Assembly (NCBI GenBank): GCA_009914755.4
Contig: CP086569.2
Location: 61,824,001 to 61,888,000, forward strand
From: the human T2T-CHM13v2.0 reference genome, Homo sapiens
Length of the DNA: 64,000 nucleotides
Direction of reading: 5' to 3'
Positions 42,511 to 56,593 of this stretch are shown piece after piece. The translations under genes and the position numbers were made by a program. The notes below the pieces were generated by a model. It saw only the letters and a program-made list of their open reading frames with translations. It did not search any database and was not told where the DNA came from. Each line of letters starts with the position of its first letter. The stretch's first letter is position 1.

Positions 42511-45500
42511 ATGGAATGGAATAATATGAAATGGAATGGAAAGGAATGGAATGCACTTGAATTAAATGGACTGGAATGGAATGGACTCGAACGGAGTGGA
42601 ATGGAAAGGATTGAAATAGAATGGAATGGACTCCTTTGGAATCGTCTAGTATGCAATGCAAACGACTGGCAGGGAATCAAAAGGAATGTAATCGAATGGA
42701 TTGGACTGGAATACAATGGACTCGAATACATTGGAAACGGAATGCAATGGAATGGAATGGAATAGTATGGAATGGAACGGAAAGGAATGAAGTAGAATGG
42801 ACTAGAGTGGAATGGAATGGACTCGAAAGCAATGGACTGGAATGGAACGATCTTGAATGGACCGGAATCAAACGGAACGGAATGCAATGCAAGGCAATCA
42901 AATGGAATGGAATAAAAGAGAATGAAAGAGAATCAAATGCAATTGAATCGAATGGAATCGAATGGATTGGAAAGGAATAGAATGGAATGGAATGGAATTG
43001 ACTCAAATGGAATGGACTAGAACGGAATGGAGTCGAATGGAAGGCAAAGGAATGGAATCTATTGGAATGGACTGTAATGGAATGGCATGGAAGGGATTGG
43101 AATGGACTCGAATGGAAAGGACTGCAATAGAAAGGATTCGAATGGAATGAAAAAGAATTGAATGGAATAGAACAGAATGGAATCAAATCGAATGAAATGG
43201 AATGGAATAGAAAGGAATGGAATGAAATGGAATGGAAAGGATTCAAATGGAATGCGATCAAATGGAATGCAATCGAATGGAATGGAATCGAACGGAATGG
43301 AATAAAATGGAAGGAAACTGGCAAGAAATGGAATCGAAATGAATGGAGGGTTATGGAACGGACTCCAAAGGAATTGAATGTAATAGAATGGAGTGGAGTG
43401 GACTCGAATATAATGGACTGGAATGGAATGGAATCACATGGAATGGGAACGAATGGAATGGAATGGAAAGGAATGGAATCGAATGGAAAGGAATCAAATG
43501 GAAGGGAATGAAATTGAATCAACAGGAATGGAAGGGAATAGAATAGACTGTAATGGAATGGACTCGAATAGAATGGACACGAATGCTCAAATTGGATGGA
43601 CTCGAATGGAATGGAAACGAAAGGAATGTCATCGAATGGAATTGAATCGATTGGAATGAAATGGCATAGAATGGAGTGGAATGAAATGGAATTGAATCGA
43701 AAGGAAAGGAAGCGAATGGACTGAAATGAAATGGAATGGAATTGAATGGAAAGTAATGCAATGGAATAGAATGGAACGAAATTTCACGGAATGGAATCAA
43801 AACAATGGAATATAATCAAATGGAATGGAATGGAATGGAAAGGAATTGAATGGAATAGATTGGATAGGAAAGGATTGGAATGCAATGGAATGGAAAGGAC
43901 TCGAATTTCATGAAACGGAATGGAATGAATTGGAATGGAATGGACTCGAATGGAATGGAATGTCATGGAATGGCATCAAATGGAATGGAATCAAATGGAA
44001 TGGCATCGAATGCAATGTAATGTTATGGAATGGAATGGAATGTATTGGAATGGAATGTCCTCTAATGGAATGGATTCGAGTGGAATGGAATCGAATATAA
44101 TGGAGTCGAATGAAATGGAATTGAAAGGAATGGGATCGAATAGAATGGAATATACTGGAATGTAATGTAATGAATTCGAATGTAATTGACTGGAATGGAA
44201 TGTACATGAATGGAATGTAATCGAATGGAAAGTAATCCAATGAAATAGAATCTAATGCAATAAAACCGACTCAAATGGAATAGAATGTAATGGAATGGAG
44301 TGCAGTGCAATGGAATGGAATGGAATGGAATGCAATGGAGTGGAATGGAATGGAATGGGATGGAATGGTATGGAATGGATAGTAAAGGACTGGAGTGAAA
44401 TGGACTGTAAAGGAATGGACTCCAATTGAAAGGGCTCGAAAGGAATGGAGTCAAATGGAATGGTCTGGAATGGAATGAACTCGAATGTAATGCAATCCAA
44501 TAGAATGGAATCGAATGGAATGGAATATAAAGAAATGGAATCGACGAGAATGGAAACAGATGGAATGGAATTGAAAGGAATGGAATTGAATGGAATGGGC
44601 ACGAATGGAATGAAATTGTATGGAATAGAAGAGAATAGAATGGAATGCAATGGATAAGAAAGGAATGGATTGGAATGGAAGGGAATGTAGTGTAATGGAC
44701 TGGCATGGAATAAACTGGAATGCTACGGTCTCAAATGGAATAAAAATGTATGGAATGGAATGCCATGAAACGGAATCGAATGTCATAGAATGTAATGGAA
44801 TGCAAAGAAATGGACTCCAAAATCATTGACTGGAAAGGCTGGGTGTCGAAAGGAATTGACTCCAATGGAATGGAATCGAATGGAATGGAAGTGAATAGAA
44901 TCGAACTAAATCGAATGGAATGGAATTGATAGGAACGGAATGGAAAGGAATGGAATGATTTGGCATGGAATGGAATCGAATGGACTCGAATGGAATGGAA
45001 TGGAATGCAATGGAATGGAATGTATTAGAATGTAGTGAACTTTAATGGAATGAACTCGAATGGATTCGACTGGAATGGAATGTTCTGGAAGTGAATGGAC
45101 TCCAATGGAATGGATTCAAAAGGAATGGAATCGAAGGGAATGGAATCTAATGGAATGGAATTAAATGGAAATGAATCAAATCGAATAGCACGGAATTGAA
45201 CTGAATGGAATCGAATGCAATGGAATCTAATGAAACGGAAAGGAAAGGAATGGAATGGCATGGAATGGGCTGGAATGGAATGGAATCGAAACGAATGGAA
45301 TGGAATCGAACTGAAGAGACTGGAATGGAATGCACTGGCATGGAAGGGATTTTAATGGAACGTTCTTCAAAAGACTGGAATCGAATGGAATGGAATTGAA
45401 TGGAACGGATATAGAGTGAAATGGAATTGAATGTAATGGAATGGAGTAGAGTGAAATGGAATCGAGTCACTAGGATTGGACAGGAATAGAACGGTCTCGA

Positions 45501-45990
45501 ATTGAATGGAATCGTATGGAATGGAATTCAACGGAATGGAATGGACAGCCACGGAATGGAATGCACTCGAATGCAATGGACTCGAAACTAATGGACTGGA
45601 ATCGAATGGAATGGAATCGAACGGAATGGAATCGAAGTGAAAAGAGTGCAATGGAAAGGTCTCGAATGGAATGGAAATTAATGGAATGGAATGGAATCGA
45701 ATGAAATGGAGTCAAAAGGAATGGAATCGAATGGCAAGAAATCGAATGTAATGGAATCACAAGGAATGGATGTGAACGGAACGGAATGGAATGGAATCAA
45801 AAGGAATGGAATCGAATGGAATGGACTCGAATGGAAATGACTAGCATAGAATGGAATTCAACAAAATAGAATCAAATGTAATGGAATGGAATGGAAAGGA
45901 ATCGAAACGAAAGGACTGGAGACAGATGGAATGGAATGGAACAGAGAGCAATGGTATATAATGGAATGGAATCATATGGAATGGAATTGA
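42511..45990 (+). repeat. HOR copy 13, 3480 bp, hybrid: class C head (15-bp deletion at ~43798) and family-2 (D) tail from ~45.15 kb, including the 40-bp deletion at ~45606
   Basis: C markers at 43519-43800, 43784-43966 and 43825 (IGKDWN). D markers appear from 45151 (ggaattaaatggaaatgaatcaaatcg) and at 45025 (MPFHSFPF...SVQFRAIRFDSFPFN). 3480 = 3535 - 15 - 40. Confidence 0.88.
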
Positions 45991-48900
45991 ATGGAATGGA
46001 ATAATATGAAATGGAATGGAAAGGAATGGAATGCACTTGAATTAAATGGACTGGAATGGAATGGACTCGAACGGAGTGGAATGGAAAGGATTGAAATAGA
46101 ATGGAATGGACTCCTTTGGAATGGTCTAGTATGCAATGCAAACGACTGGCAGGGAATCAAAAGGGATGTAATCGAATGGATTGGACTGGAATACAATGGA
46201 CTCGAATACATTGGAAACGGAATGCAATGGAATGGAATGGAATAGTATGGAATGGAACGGAAAGGAATGAAGTAGAATGGACTAGAGTGGAATGGAATGG
46301 ACTCGAAAGCAATGGACTGGAATGGAACGATCTTGAATGGACCGGAATCAAACGGAACGGAATGCAATGCAAGGCAATCAAATGGAATGGAATAAAAGAG
46401 AATGAAAGAGAATCAAATGGAATTGAATCGAATGGAATCGAACGGATTGGAAAGGAATAGAATGGAATGGAATGGAATTGACTCAAATGGAATGGACTAG
46501 AACGGAATGGAGTCCAATGCAAGGCAAAGGAATGGAATCTATTGGAATGGACTGTAATGGAATGGCATGGAAGGGATTGGAATGGACTCGAATGGAAAGG
46601 ACTGCAATAGAAAGGATTCGAATGGAATGAAAAAGAATTGAATGGAATAGAACAGAATGGAATCAAATCGAATGAAATGGAATGGAATAGAAAGGAATGG
46701 AATGAAATGGAATGGAAAGGATTCAAATGGAATGCAATCGAATGGAATGCAATCGAATGGAATGGAATCGAACGGAATGGAATAAAATGGAAGGAAACTG
46801 GCAAGAAATGGAATCGAAATGAATGGAGTGTTATGGAACGGACTCCAAAGGAATTGAATGTAATAGAATGGAGTGGAGTGGACTCGAATATAATGGACTG
46901 GAATGGAATGGAATCACATGGAATGGGAACGAATGGAATGGAATGGAAAGGAATGGAATCGAATGGAAAGGAATCAAATGGAAGGGAATGAAATTGAATC
47001 AACAGGAATGGAAGGGAATAGAATAGACTGTAATGGAATGGACTCGAATAGAATGGACACGAATGCTCAAATTGGATGGACTCGAATGGAATGGAAACGA
47101 ATGGAATGTCATCCAATGGAATTGAATCGATTGGAATGAAATGGCATAGAATGGAGTGGAATGAAATGGAATTGAATCGAAAGGAAAGGAAGCGAATGGA
47201 CTGAAATGAAATGGAATGGAATTGAATGGAAAGTAATGCAATGCAATAGAATGGAACGAAATTTCACGGAATGGAATCAAACAGAATGGAATCAAATCAA
47301 TGGAATATAATCAAATGGAATGGAATGGAATGGAAAGGAATGGAATGGAATAGATTGGATAGGAAGGGATTGGAATGCAATGGAATGGAAAGGACTCGAA
47401 TTTCATGAAACGGAATGGAATGAATTGGAATGGAATGGACTCGAATGGAATGGAATGTCATGGAATGGCATCAAATGGAATGGAATCAAATGGAATGGCA
47501 TCGAATGCAATGGAATGTTATGGAATGGAATGGAATGTATTGGAATGGAATGTCCTCTAATGGAATGGATTCGAGTGGAATGGAATCGAATATAATGGAG
47601 TCGAATGAAATGGAATTGAAAGGAATGGGATCGAATAGAATGGAATATACTGGAATGTAATGTAATGAAGTCGAATGTAATTGACTGGAATGGAATGTAC
47701 ATGAATGGAATGTAATCGAATGGAAAGTAATCCAATGAAATAGAATCTAATGCAATAAAACCGACTCAAATGGAATAGAATGTAATGGAATGGAGTGCAG
47801 TGCAATGGAATGGAATGGAATGGAATGCAATGGAGTGGAATGGAATGGAATGGGATGGAATGGTATGGAATGGATAGTAAAGGACTGGAGTGAAATGGAC
47901 TGTAAAGGAATGGACTCCAATTGAAAGGGCTCGAAAGGAATGGAGTCAAATGGAATGGTCTGGAATGGAATGAACTCGAATGTAATGCAATCCAATAGAA
48001 TGGAATCGAATGGAATGGAATATAAAGAAATGGAATCGACGAGAATGGAAACAGATGGAATGGAATTGAAAGGAATGGAATTGAATGGAATGGGCACGAA
48101 TGGAATGAAATTGTATGGAATAGAAGAGAATAGAATGGAATGCAATGGATAAGAAAGGAATGGATTGGAATGGAAGGGAATGTAGTGTAATGGACTGGCA
48201 TGGAATAAACTGGAATGCTACGGTCTCAAATGGAATAAAAATGTATGGAATGGAATGCCATGAAACGGAATCGAACGTCATAGAATGTAATGGAATGCAA
48301 AAAAATGGACTCCAAAATCATTGACTGGAAAGGCTGGGTGTCGAAAGGAATTGACTCCAATGGAATGGAATCGAATGGAATGGAAGTGAATAGAATCGAA
48401 CTAAATCGAATGGAATGGAATTGATAGGAACGCAATGGAAAGGAATGGAATGATTTGGCATGGAATGGAATCGAATGGACTCGAATGGAATGGAATGGAA
48501 TGCAATGGAATGGAATGTATTAGAATGTAGTGAACTTTAATGGAATGAACTCGAATGGATTCGACTGGAATGGAAGGTTCTGGAAGTGAATGGACTGAAA
48601 TGGAATGGATTCAAAAGGAATGGAATCGAAGGGAATGGAATCTAATGGAATGGAATTAAATGGAAAGGAATCAAATCGAATAGCACGGAATTGAACTGAA
48701 TGGAATCGAATGCAATGGAATCTAATGAAACGGAAAGGAAAGGAATGGAATGGGATGGAATGGGCTGGAATGGAATGGAATCGAAACGAATGGAATGGAA
48801 TTGAACTGAAGAGACTGGAATGGAATGCACTGGCATGGAAGGGATTTTAATGGAACGTTCTTGAAAAGACTGGAATCGAATGGAATGGAATTGAATGGAA

Positions 48901-49485
48901 CGGATATAGAGTCAAATGGAATTGCATGGAATGGAATGGAGTAGAGTGAAATGGAATCGAGTCAATAGGAATGGACAGGAATAGAACGGTCTCGAATTGA
49001 ATGGAATCGTATGGAATGGAATTCAACGGAATGGAATGGACAGCCACGGAATGGAATGCACTCGAATGCAATGGACTCGAAACTAATGGACTGGAATCGA
49101 ATGGAATGGAATCGAACGGAATGGAATCGAAGTGAAAAGAGTGCAATGGAAAGGTCTCGAATGGAATGGAAATTAATGGAATGGAATGGAATCGAATGAA
49201 ATGGAGTCAAAAGGAATGGAATCGAATGGCAAGAAATCGAATGTAATGGAATCACAAGGAATGGATGTGAACGGAACGGAATGGAATGGAATCAAAAGGA
49301 ATGGAATTGAATGGAATGGACTCGAATGGAAATGACTAGCATAGAATGGAATTCAACAAAATAGAATCAAATGTAATGGAATGGAATGGAAAGGAATCGA
49401 AACGAAAGGAATGGAGACAGATGGAATGGAATGGAACAGAGAGCAATGGTATATAATGGAATGGAATCATATGGAATGGAATTGA
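45991..49485 (+). repeat. HOR copy 14, 3495 bp, family 2 (D1; 40-bp deletion at ~49096-49115)
   Basis: RDV/QKGCN variants at 45991 and 46101. MEWNGKEWNG at 47320. The 319-aa minus-strand ORF at 46157-47116 is a stop-loss artefact. Confidence 0.88.
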
Positions 49486-52400
49486 ATGGAATGGAATAAT
49501 ATGAAATGGAATGGAAAGGAATGGAATGCACTTGAATTAAATGGACTGGAATGGAATGGACTCGAACGGAGTGGAATGGAAAGGATTGAAATAGAATGGA
49601 ATGGACTCCTTTGGAATGGTCTAGTATGCAATGCAAACGACTGGCAGGGAATCAAAAGGGATGTAATCGAATGGATTGGACTGGAATACAATGGACTCGA
49701 ATACATTGGAAACGGAATGCAATGGAATGGAATGGAATAGTATGGAATGGAACGGAAAGGAATGAAGTAGAATGGACTAGAGTGGAATGGAATGGACTCG
49801 AAAGCAATGGACTGGAATGGAACGATCTTGAATGGACCGGAATCAAACGGAACGGAATGCAATGCAAGGCAATCAAATGGAATGGAATAAAAGAGAATGA
49901 AAGAGAATCAAATGGAATTGAATCGAATGGAATCGAACGGATTGGAAAGGAATAGAATGGAATGGAATGGAATTGACTCAAATGGAATGGACTAGAACGG
50001 AATGGAGTCCAATGCAAGGCAAAGGAATGGAATCTATTGGAATGGACTGTAATGGAATGGCATGGAAGGGATTGGAATGGACTCGAATGGAAAGGACTGC
50101 AATAGAAAGGATTCGAATGGAATGAAAAAGAATTGAATGGAATAGAACAGAATGGAATCAAATCGAATGAAATGGAATGGAATAGAAAGGAATGGAATGA
50201 AATGGAATGGAAAGGATTCAAATGGAATGCAATCGAATGGAATGCAATCGAATGGAATGGAATCGAACGGAATGGAATAAAATGGAAGGAAACTGGCAAG
50301 AAATGGAATCGAAATGAATGGAGTGTTATGGAACGGACTCCAAAGGAATTGAATGTAATAGAATGGAGTGGAGTGGACTCGAATATAATGGACTGGAATG
50401 GAATGGAATCACATGGAATGGGAACGAATGGAATGGAATGGAAAGGAATGGAATCGAATGGAAAGGAATCAAATGGAAGGGAATGAAATTGAATCAACAG
50501 GAATGGAAGGGAATAGAATAGACTGTAATGGAATGGACTCGAATAGAATGGACACGAATGCTCAAATTGGATGGAGTCGAATGGAATGGAAACGAACGGA
50601 ATGTCATCGAATGGAATTGAATCGATTGGAATGAAATGGCATAGAATGGAGTGGAATGAAATGGAATTGAATCGAAAGGAAAGGAAGCGAATGGACTGAA
50701 ATGAAATGGAATGGAATTGAATGGAAAGTAATGCAATGCAATAGAATGGAACGAAATTTCACGGAATGGAATCAAACAGAATGGAATCAAATCAATGGAA
50801 TATAATCAAATGGAATGGAATGGAATGGAAAGGAATGGAATGGAATAGATTGGATAGGAAGGGATTGGAATGCAATGGAATGGAAAGGACTCGAATTTCA
50901 TGAAACGGAATGGAATGAATTGGAATGGAATGGACTCGAATGGAATGGAATGTCATGGAATGGCATAGAATGGAATGGAATCAAATGGAATGGCATCGAA
51001 TGCAATGGAATGTTATGGAATGGAATGGAATGTATTGGAATGGAATGTCCTCTAATGGAATGGATTCGAGTGGAATGGAATCGAATATAATGGAGTCGAA
51101 TGAAATGGAATTGAAAGGAATGGGATCGAATAGAATGGAATATACTGGAATGTAATGTAATGAAGTCGAATGTAATTGACTGGAATGGAATGTACATGAA
51201 TGGAATGTAATCGAATGGAAAGTAATCCAATGAAATAGAATCTAATGCAATAAAACCGACTCAAATGGAACAGAATGTAATGGAATGGAGTGCAGTGCAA
51301 TGGAATGGAATGGAATGGAATGCAATGGAGTGGAATGGAATGGAATGGGATGGAATGGTATGGAATGGATAGTAAAGGACTGGAGTGAAATGGACTGTAA
51401 AGGAATGGACTCCAATTGAAAGGGCTCGAAAGGAATGGAGTCAAATGGAATGGTCTGGAATGGAATGAACTCGAATGTAATGCAATCCAATAGAATGGAA
51501 TCGAATGGAATGGAATATAAAGAAATGGAATCGACGAGAATGGAAACAGATGGAATGGAATTGAAAGGAATGGAATTGAATGGAATGGGCACGAATGGAA
51601 TGAAATTGTATGGAATAGAAGAGAATAGAATGGAATGCAATGGATAAGAAAGGAATGGATTGGAATGGAAGGGAATGTAGTGTAATGGACTGGCATGGAA
51701 TAAACTGGAATGCTACGGTCTCAAATGGAATAAAAATGTATGGAATGGAATGCCATGAAACGGAATCGAATGTCATAGAATGTAATGGAATGTAAAGAAA
51801 TGGACTCCAAAATCATTGACTGGAAAGGCTGGGTGTCGAAAGGAATTGACTCCAATAGAATGGAATCGAATGGAATGGAAGTGAATAGAATCGAACTAAA
51901 TCGAATGGAATGGAATTGACAGGAACGGAATGGAAAGGAATGGAATGATTTGGCATGAAATGGAATCGAATGGACTCGAATGGAATTGAATGGAATGCAA
52001 TGGAATGGAATGTATTAGAATGTAGAAACTTTAATGGAATGAACTCGAATGGATTCGACTGGAATGGAATGTTCTGGAAGTGAATGGACTCCAATGGAAT
52101 GGAATCAAAATGAATGGAATCGAAGGGAATGGAATCTAATGGAATGGAATTAAATGGAAAGGAATCAAATCGAATAGCACGGAATTGAACTGAATGGAAT
52201 CGAATGCAATGGAATCTAATGAAACGGAAAGGAAAGGAATGGAATGGCATGGAATGGGCTGGAATGGAATGGAATCGAAACGAATGGAATGGAATCGAAC
52301 TGAAGAGACTGGAATGGAATGCACTGGCATGGAAGGGATTTTAATGGAACGTTTTTGAAAAGACTGGAATCGAATGGAATGGAATTGAATGGAACGGATA

Positions 52401-53039
52401 TAGAGTCAAATGGAATTGAATGGAATGGAATGGAGTAGAGTGAAATGGAATCGAGTCACTAGGAATGGACAGGAATAGAACGGTCTCGAATTGAATGGAA
52501 TCGTATGGAATGGAATTCAACGGAATGGAATGGACAGCCACGGAATGGAATGGACAGCCACGGAATGGAATGCACTCGAATGCAATGGACTCGAAACTAA
52601 TGGACTGGAATCGAATGGACTCGACTGGTATGGACTCCAATGGAATGGAATCGAATGGAATGGAATCCAACAGAATGGACTCGAAGTGAAAAGAGTGCAA
52701 TGGAAAGGTCTCGAATGGAATGGAAATTAATGGAATGGAATGGAATCGAATGAAATGGAGTCAAAAGGAATGGAATCGAATGGCAAGAAATCGAATGTAA
52801 TGGAATCACAAGGAATGGATGTGAACGGAACGGAATGGAATGGAATCAAAAGGAATGGAATCGAATGGAATGGACTCGAATGGACATGACTCGAATAGAA
52901 TGGAATTCAACAAAATAGAATCAAATGTAATGGAATGGAATGGAAAGGAATCGAAACGAAAGGAATGGAGACAGATGGAATGGAATGGAACAGAGAGCAA
53001 TGGTATAGAATGGAATGGAATCATATGGAATGGAATTGA
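49486..53039 (+). repeat. HOR copy 15, 3554 bp, family 2 (D2; 20-bp tandem duplication at 52521-52560; no 40-bp deletion)
   Basis: cggaatggaatggacagcca occurs twice in tandem at 52521-52560. 145-aa ORF at 51813-52250 (MPFHSFPF...). Confidence 0.88.
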
Positions 53040-56000
53040 ATGGAATGGAATAATATGAAATGGAATGGAAAGGAATGGAATGCACTTGAATTAAATGGAC
53101 TGGAATGGAATGGACTCGAACGGAGTGGAATGGAAAGGATTGAAATAGAATGGAATGGACTCCTTTGGAATGGTCTAGTAGGCCATGCAAACGACTGTCA
53201 GGGAATCAAAAGGAATGTAATCGAATGGATTGGACTGGAATACAATGGACTCGAATACATTGGAAACGGAATGCAATGGAATGGAATGGAATAGTATGGA
53301 ATGGAACGGAAAGGAATGAAGTAGAATGGACTAGAGTGGAAAGGAATGGACTCGAAAGCAATGGACTGGAATGGAACGATCTTGAATGGACCGGAATCAA
53401 ACGGAACGGAATGCAATGCAAGGCAATCAAATGGAATGGAATAAAAGAGAATGAAAGAGAATCAAATGGAATTGAATCGAATGGAATCGAACGGATTGGA
53501 AAGGAATAGAATGGAATGGAATGGAATTGACTCAAATGGAATGGACTAGAACGGAATGGAGTCCAATGCAAGGCAAAGGAATGGAATCTATTGGAATGGA
53601 CTGTAATGGAATGGCATGGAAGGGATTGGAATGGACTCGAATGGAAAGGACTGCAATAGAAAGGATTCGAATGGAATGAAAAAGAATTGAATGGAATAGA
53701 ACAGAATGGAATCAAATCGAATGAAATGGAATGGAATAGAAAGGAATGGAATGAAATGGAATGGAAAGGATTCAAATGGAATGCAATCGAATGGAATGCA
53801 ATCGAATGGAATGGAATCGAACGGAATGGAATAAAATGGAAGGAAACTGGCAAGAAATGGAATCGAAATGAATGGAGTGTTATGGAACGGACTCCAAAGG
53901 AATTGAATGTAATAGAATGGAGTGGAGTGGACTCGAATATAATGGACTGGAATGGAATGGAATCACATGGAATGGGAACGAATGGAATGGAATGGAAAGG
54001 AATGGAATCGAATGGAAAGGAATCAAATGGAAGGGAATGAAATTGAATCAACAGGAATGGAAGGGAATAGAATAGACTGTAATGGAATGGACTCGAATAG
54101 AATGGACACGAATGCTCAAATTGGATGGAGTCGAATGGAATGGAAACGAATGGAATGTCATCGAATGGAATTGAATCGATTGGAATGAAATGGCATAGAA
54201 TGGAGTGGAATGAAATGGAATTGAATCGAAAGGAAAGGAAGCGAATGGACTGAAATGAAATGGAATGGAATTGAATGGAAAGTAATGCAATGCAATAGAA
54301 TGGAACGAAATTTCACGGAATGGAATCAAACAGAATGGAATCAAATCAATGGAATATAATCAAATGGAATGGAATGGAATGGAAAGGAATTGAATGGAAT
54401 AGATTGGATAGGAAGGGATTGGAATGCAATGGAATGGAAAGGACTCGAATTTCATGAAACGGAATGGAATGAATTGGAATGGAATGGACTCGAATGGAAT
54501 GGAATGTCATGGAATGGCATCAAATGGAATGGAATCAAATGGAATGGCATCGAATGCAATGGAATGTTATGGAATGGAATGGAATGTATTGGAATGGAAT
54601 GTCCTCTAATGGAATGGATTCGAGTGGAATGGAATCGAATATAATGGAGTCGAATGAAATGGAATTGAAAGGAATGGGATCGAATAGAATGGAATATACT
54701 GGAATGTAATGTAATGAAGTCGAATGTAATTGACTGGAATGGAATGTACATGAATGGAATGTAATCGAATGGAAAGTAATCCAATGAAATAGAATCTAAT
54801 GCAATAAAACCGACTCAAATGGAACAGAATGTAATGGAATGGAGTGCAGTGCAATGGAATGGAATGGAATGGAATGCAATGGAGTGGAATGGAATGGAAT
54901 GGGATGGAATGGTATGGAATGGATAGTAAAGGACTGGAGTGAAATGGACTGTAAAGGAATGGACTCCAATTGAAAGGGCTCGAAAGGAATGGAGTCAAAT
55001 GGAATGGTCTGGAATGGAATGAACTCGAATGTAATGCAATCCAATAGAATGGAATCGAATGGAATGGAATATAAAGAAATGGAATCGACGAGAATGGAAA
55101 CAGATGGAATGGAATTGAAAGGAATGGAATTGAATGGAATGGGCACGAATGGAATGAAATTGTATGGAATAGAAGAGAATAGAATGGAATGCAATGGATA
55201 AGAAAGGAATGGATTGGAATGGAAGGGAATGTAGTGTAATGGACTGGCATGGAATAAACTGGAATGCTACGGTCTCAAATGGAATAAAAATGTATGGAAT
55301 GGAATGCCATGAAACGGAATCGAATGTCATAGAATGTAATGGAATGTAAAGAAATGGACTCCAAAATCATTGACTGGAAAGGCTGGGTGTCGAAAGGAAT
55401 TGACTCCAATAGAATGGAATCGAATGGAATGGAAGTGAATAGAATCGAACTAAATCGAATGGAATGGAATTGACAGGAACGGAATGGAAAGGAATGGAAT
55501 GATTTGGCATGAAATGGAATCGAATGGACTCGAATGGAATTGAATGGAATGCAATGGAATGGAATGTATTAGAATGTAGAAACTTTAATGGAATGAACTC
55601 GAATGGATTCGACTGGAATGGAATGTTCTGGAAGTGAATGGACTCCAATGGAATGGAATCAAAATGAATGGAATCGAAGGGAATGGAATCTAATGGAATG
55701 GAATTAAATGGAAAGGAATCAAATCGAATAGCACGGAATTGAACTGAATGGAATCGAATGCAATGGAATCTAATGAAACGGAAAGGAAAGGAATGGAATG
55801 GCATGGAATGGGCTGGAATGGAATGGAATCGAAACGAATGGAATGGAATCGAACTGAAGAGACTGGAATGGAATGCACTGGCATGGAAGGGATTTTAATG
55901 GAACGTTTTTGAAAAGACTGGAATCGAATGGAATGGAATTGAATGGAACGGATATAGAGTCAAATGGAATTGAATGGAATGGAATGGAGTAGAGTGAAAT

Positions 56001-56593
56001 GGAATCGAGTCACTAGGAATGGACAGGAATAGAACGGTCTCGAATTGAATGGAATCGTATGGAATGGAATTCAACGGAATGGAATGGACAGCCACGGAAT
56101 GGAATGGACAGCCACGGAATGGAATGCACTCGAATGCAATGGACTCGAAACTAATGGACTGGAATCGAATGGACTCGACTGGTATGGACTCCAATGGAAT
56201 GGAATCGAATGGAATGGAATCCAACAGAATGGACTCGAAGTGAAAAGAGTGCAATGGAAAGGTCTCGAATGGAATGGAAATTAATGGAATGGAATGGAAT
56301 CGAATGAAATGGAGTCAAAAGGAATGGAATCGAATGGCAAGAAATCGAATGTAATGGAATCACAAGGAATGGATGTGAACGGAACGGAATGGAATGGAAT
56401 CAAAAGGAATGGAATCGAATGGAATGGACTCGAATGGACATGACTCGAATAGAATGGAATTCAACAAAATAGAATCAAATGTAATGGAATGGAATGGAAA
56501 GGAATCGAAACGAAAGGAATGGAGACAGATGGAATGGAATGGAACAGAGAGCAATGGTATAGAATGGAATGGAATCATATGGAATGGAATTGA
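53040..56593 (+). repeat. HOR copy 16, 3554 bp, family 2 (D2; 20-bp tandem duplication at 56075-56114; GGCC patch at 53181)
   Basis: VGHANDCQ variant at 53040 (gtaggccatgcaaacgactgtcagg). 145-aa ORF at 55367-55804 identical to the copy-15 ORF. Confidence 0.88.
53181..53198. other. Clustered three-substitution patch that creates a GGCC (HaeIII) site. It is present only in copies 16 and 17 (second site at 56735-56738).
   Basis: taggccatgcaaacgactgtcag here, against tatgcaatgcaaacgactggcag in the other 16 copies. Confidence 0.85.
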
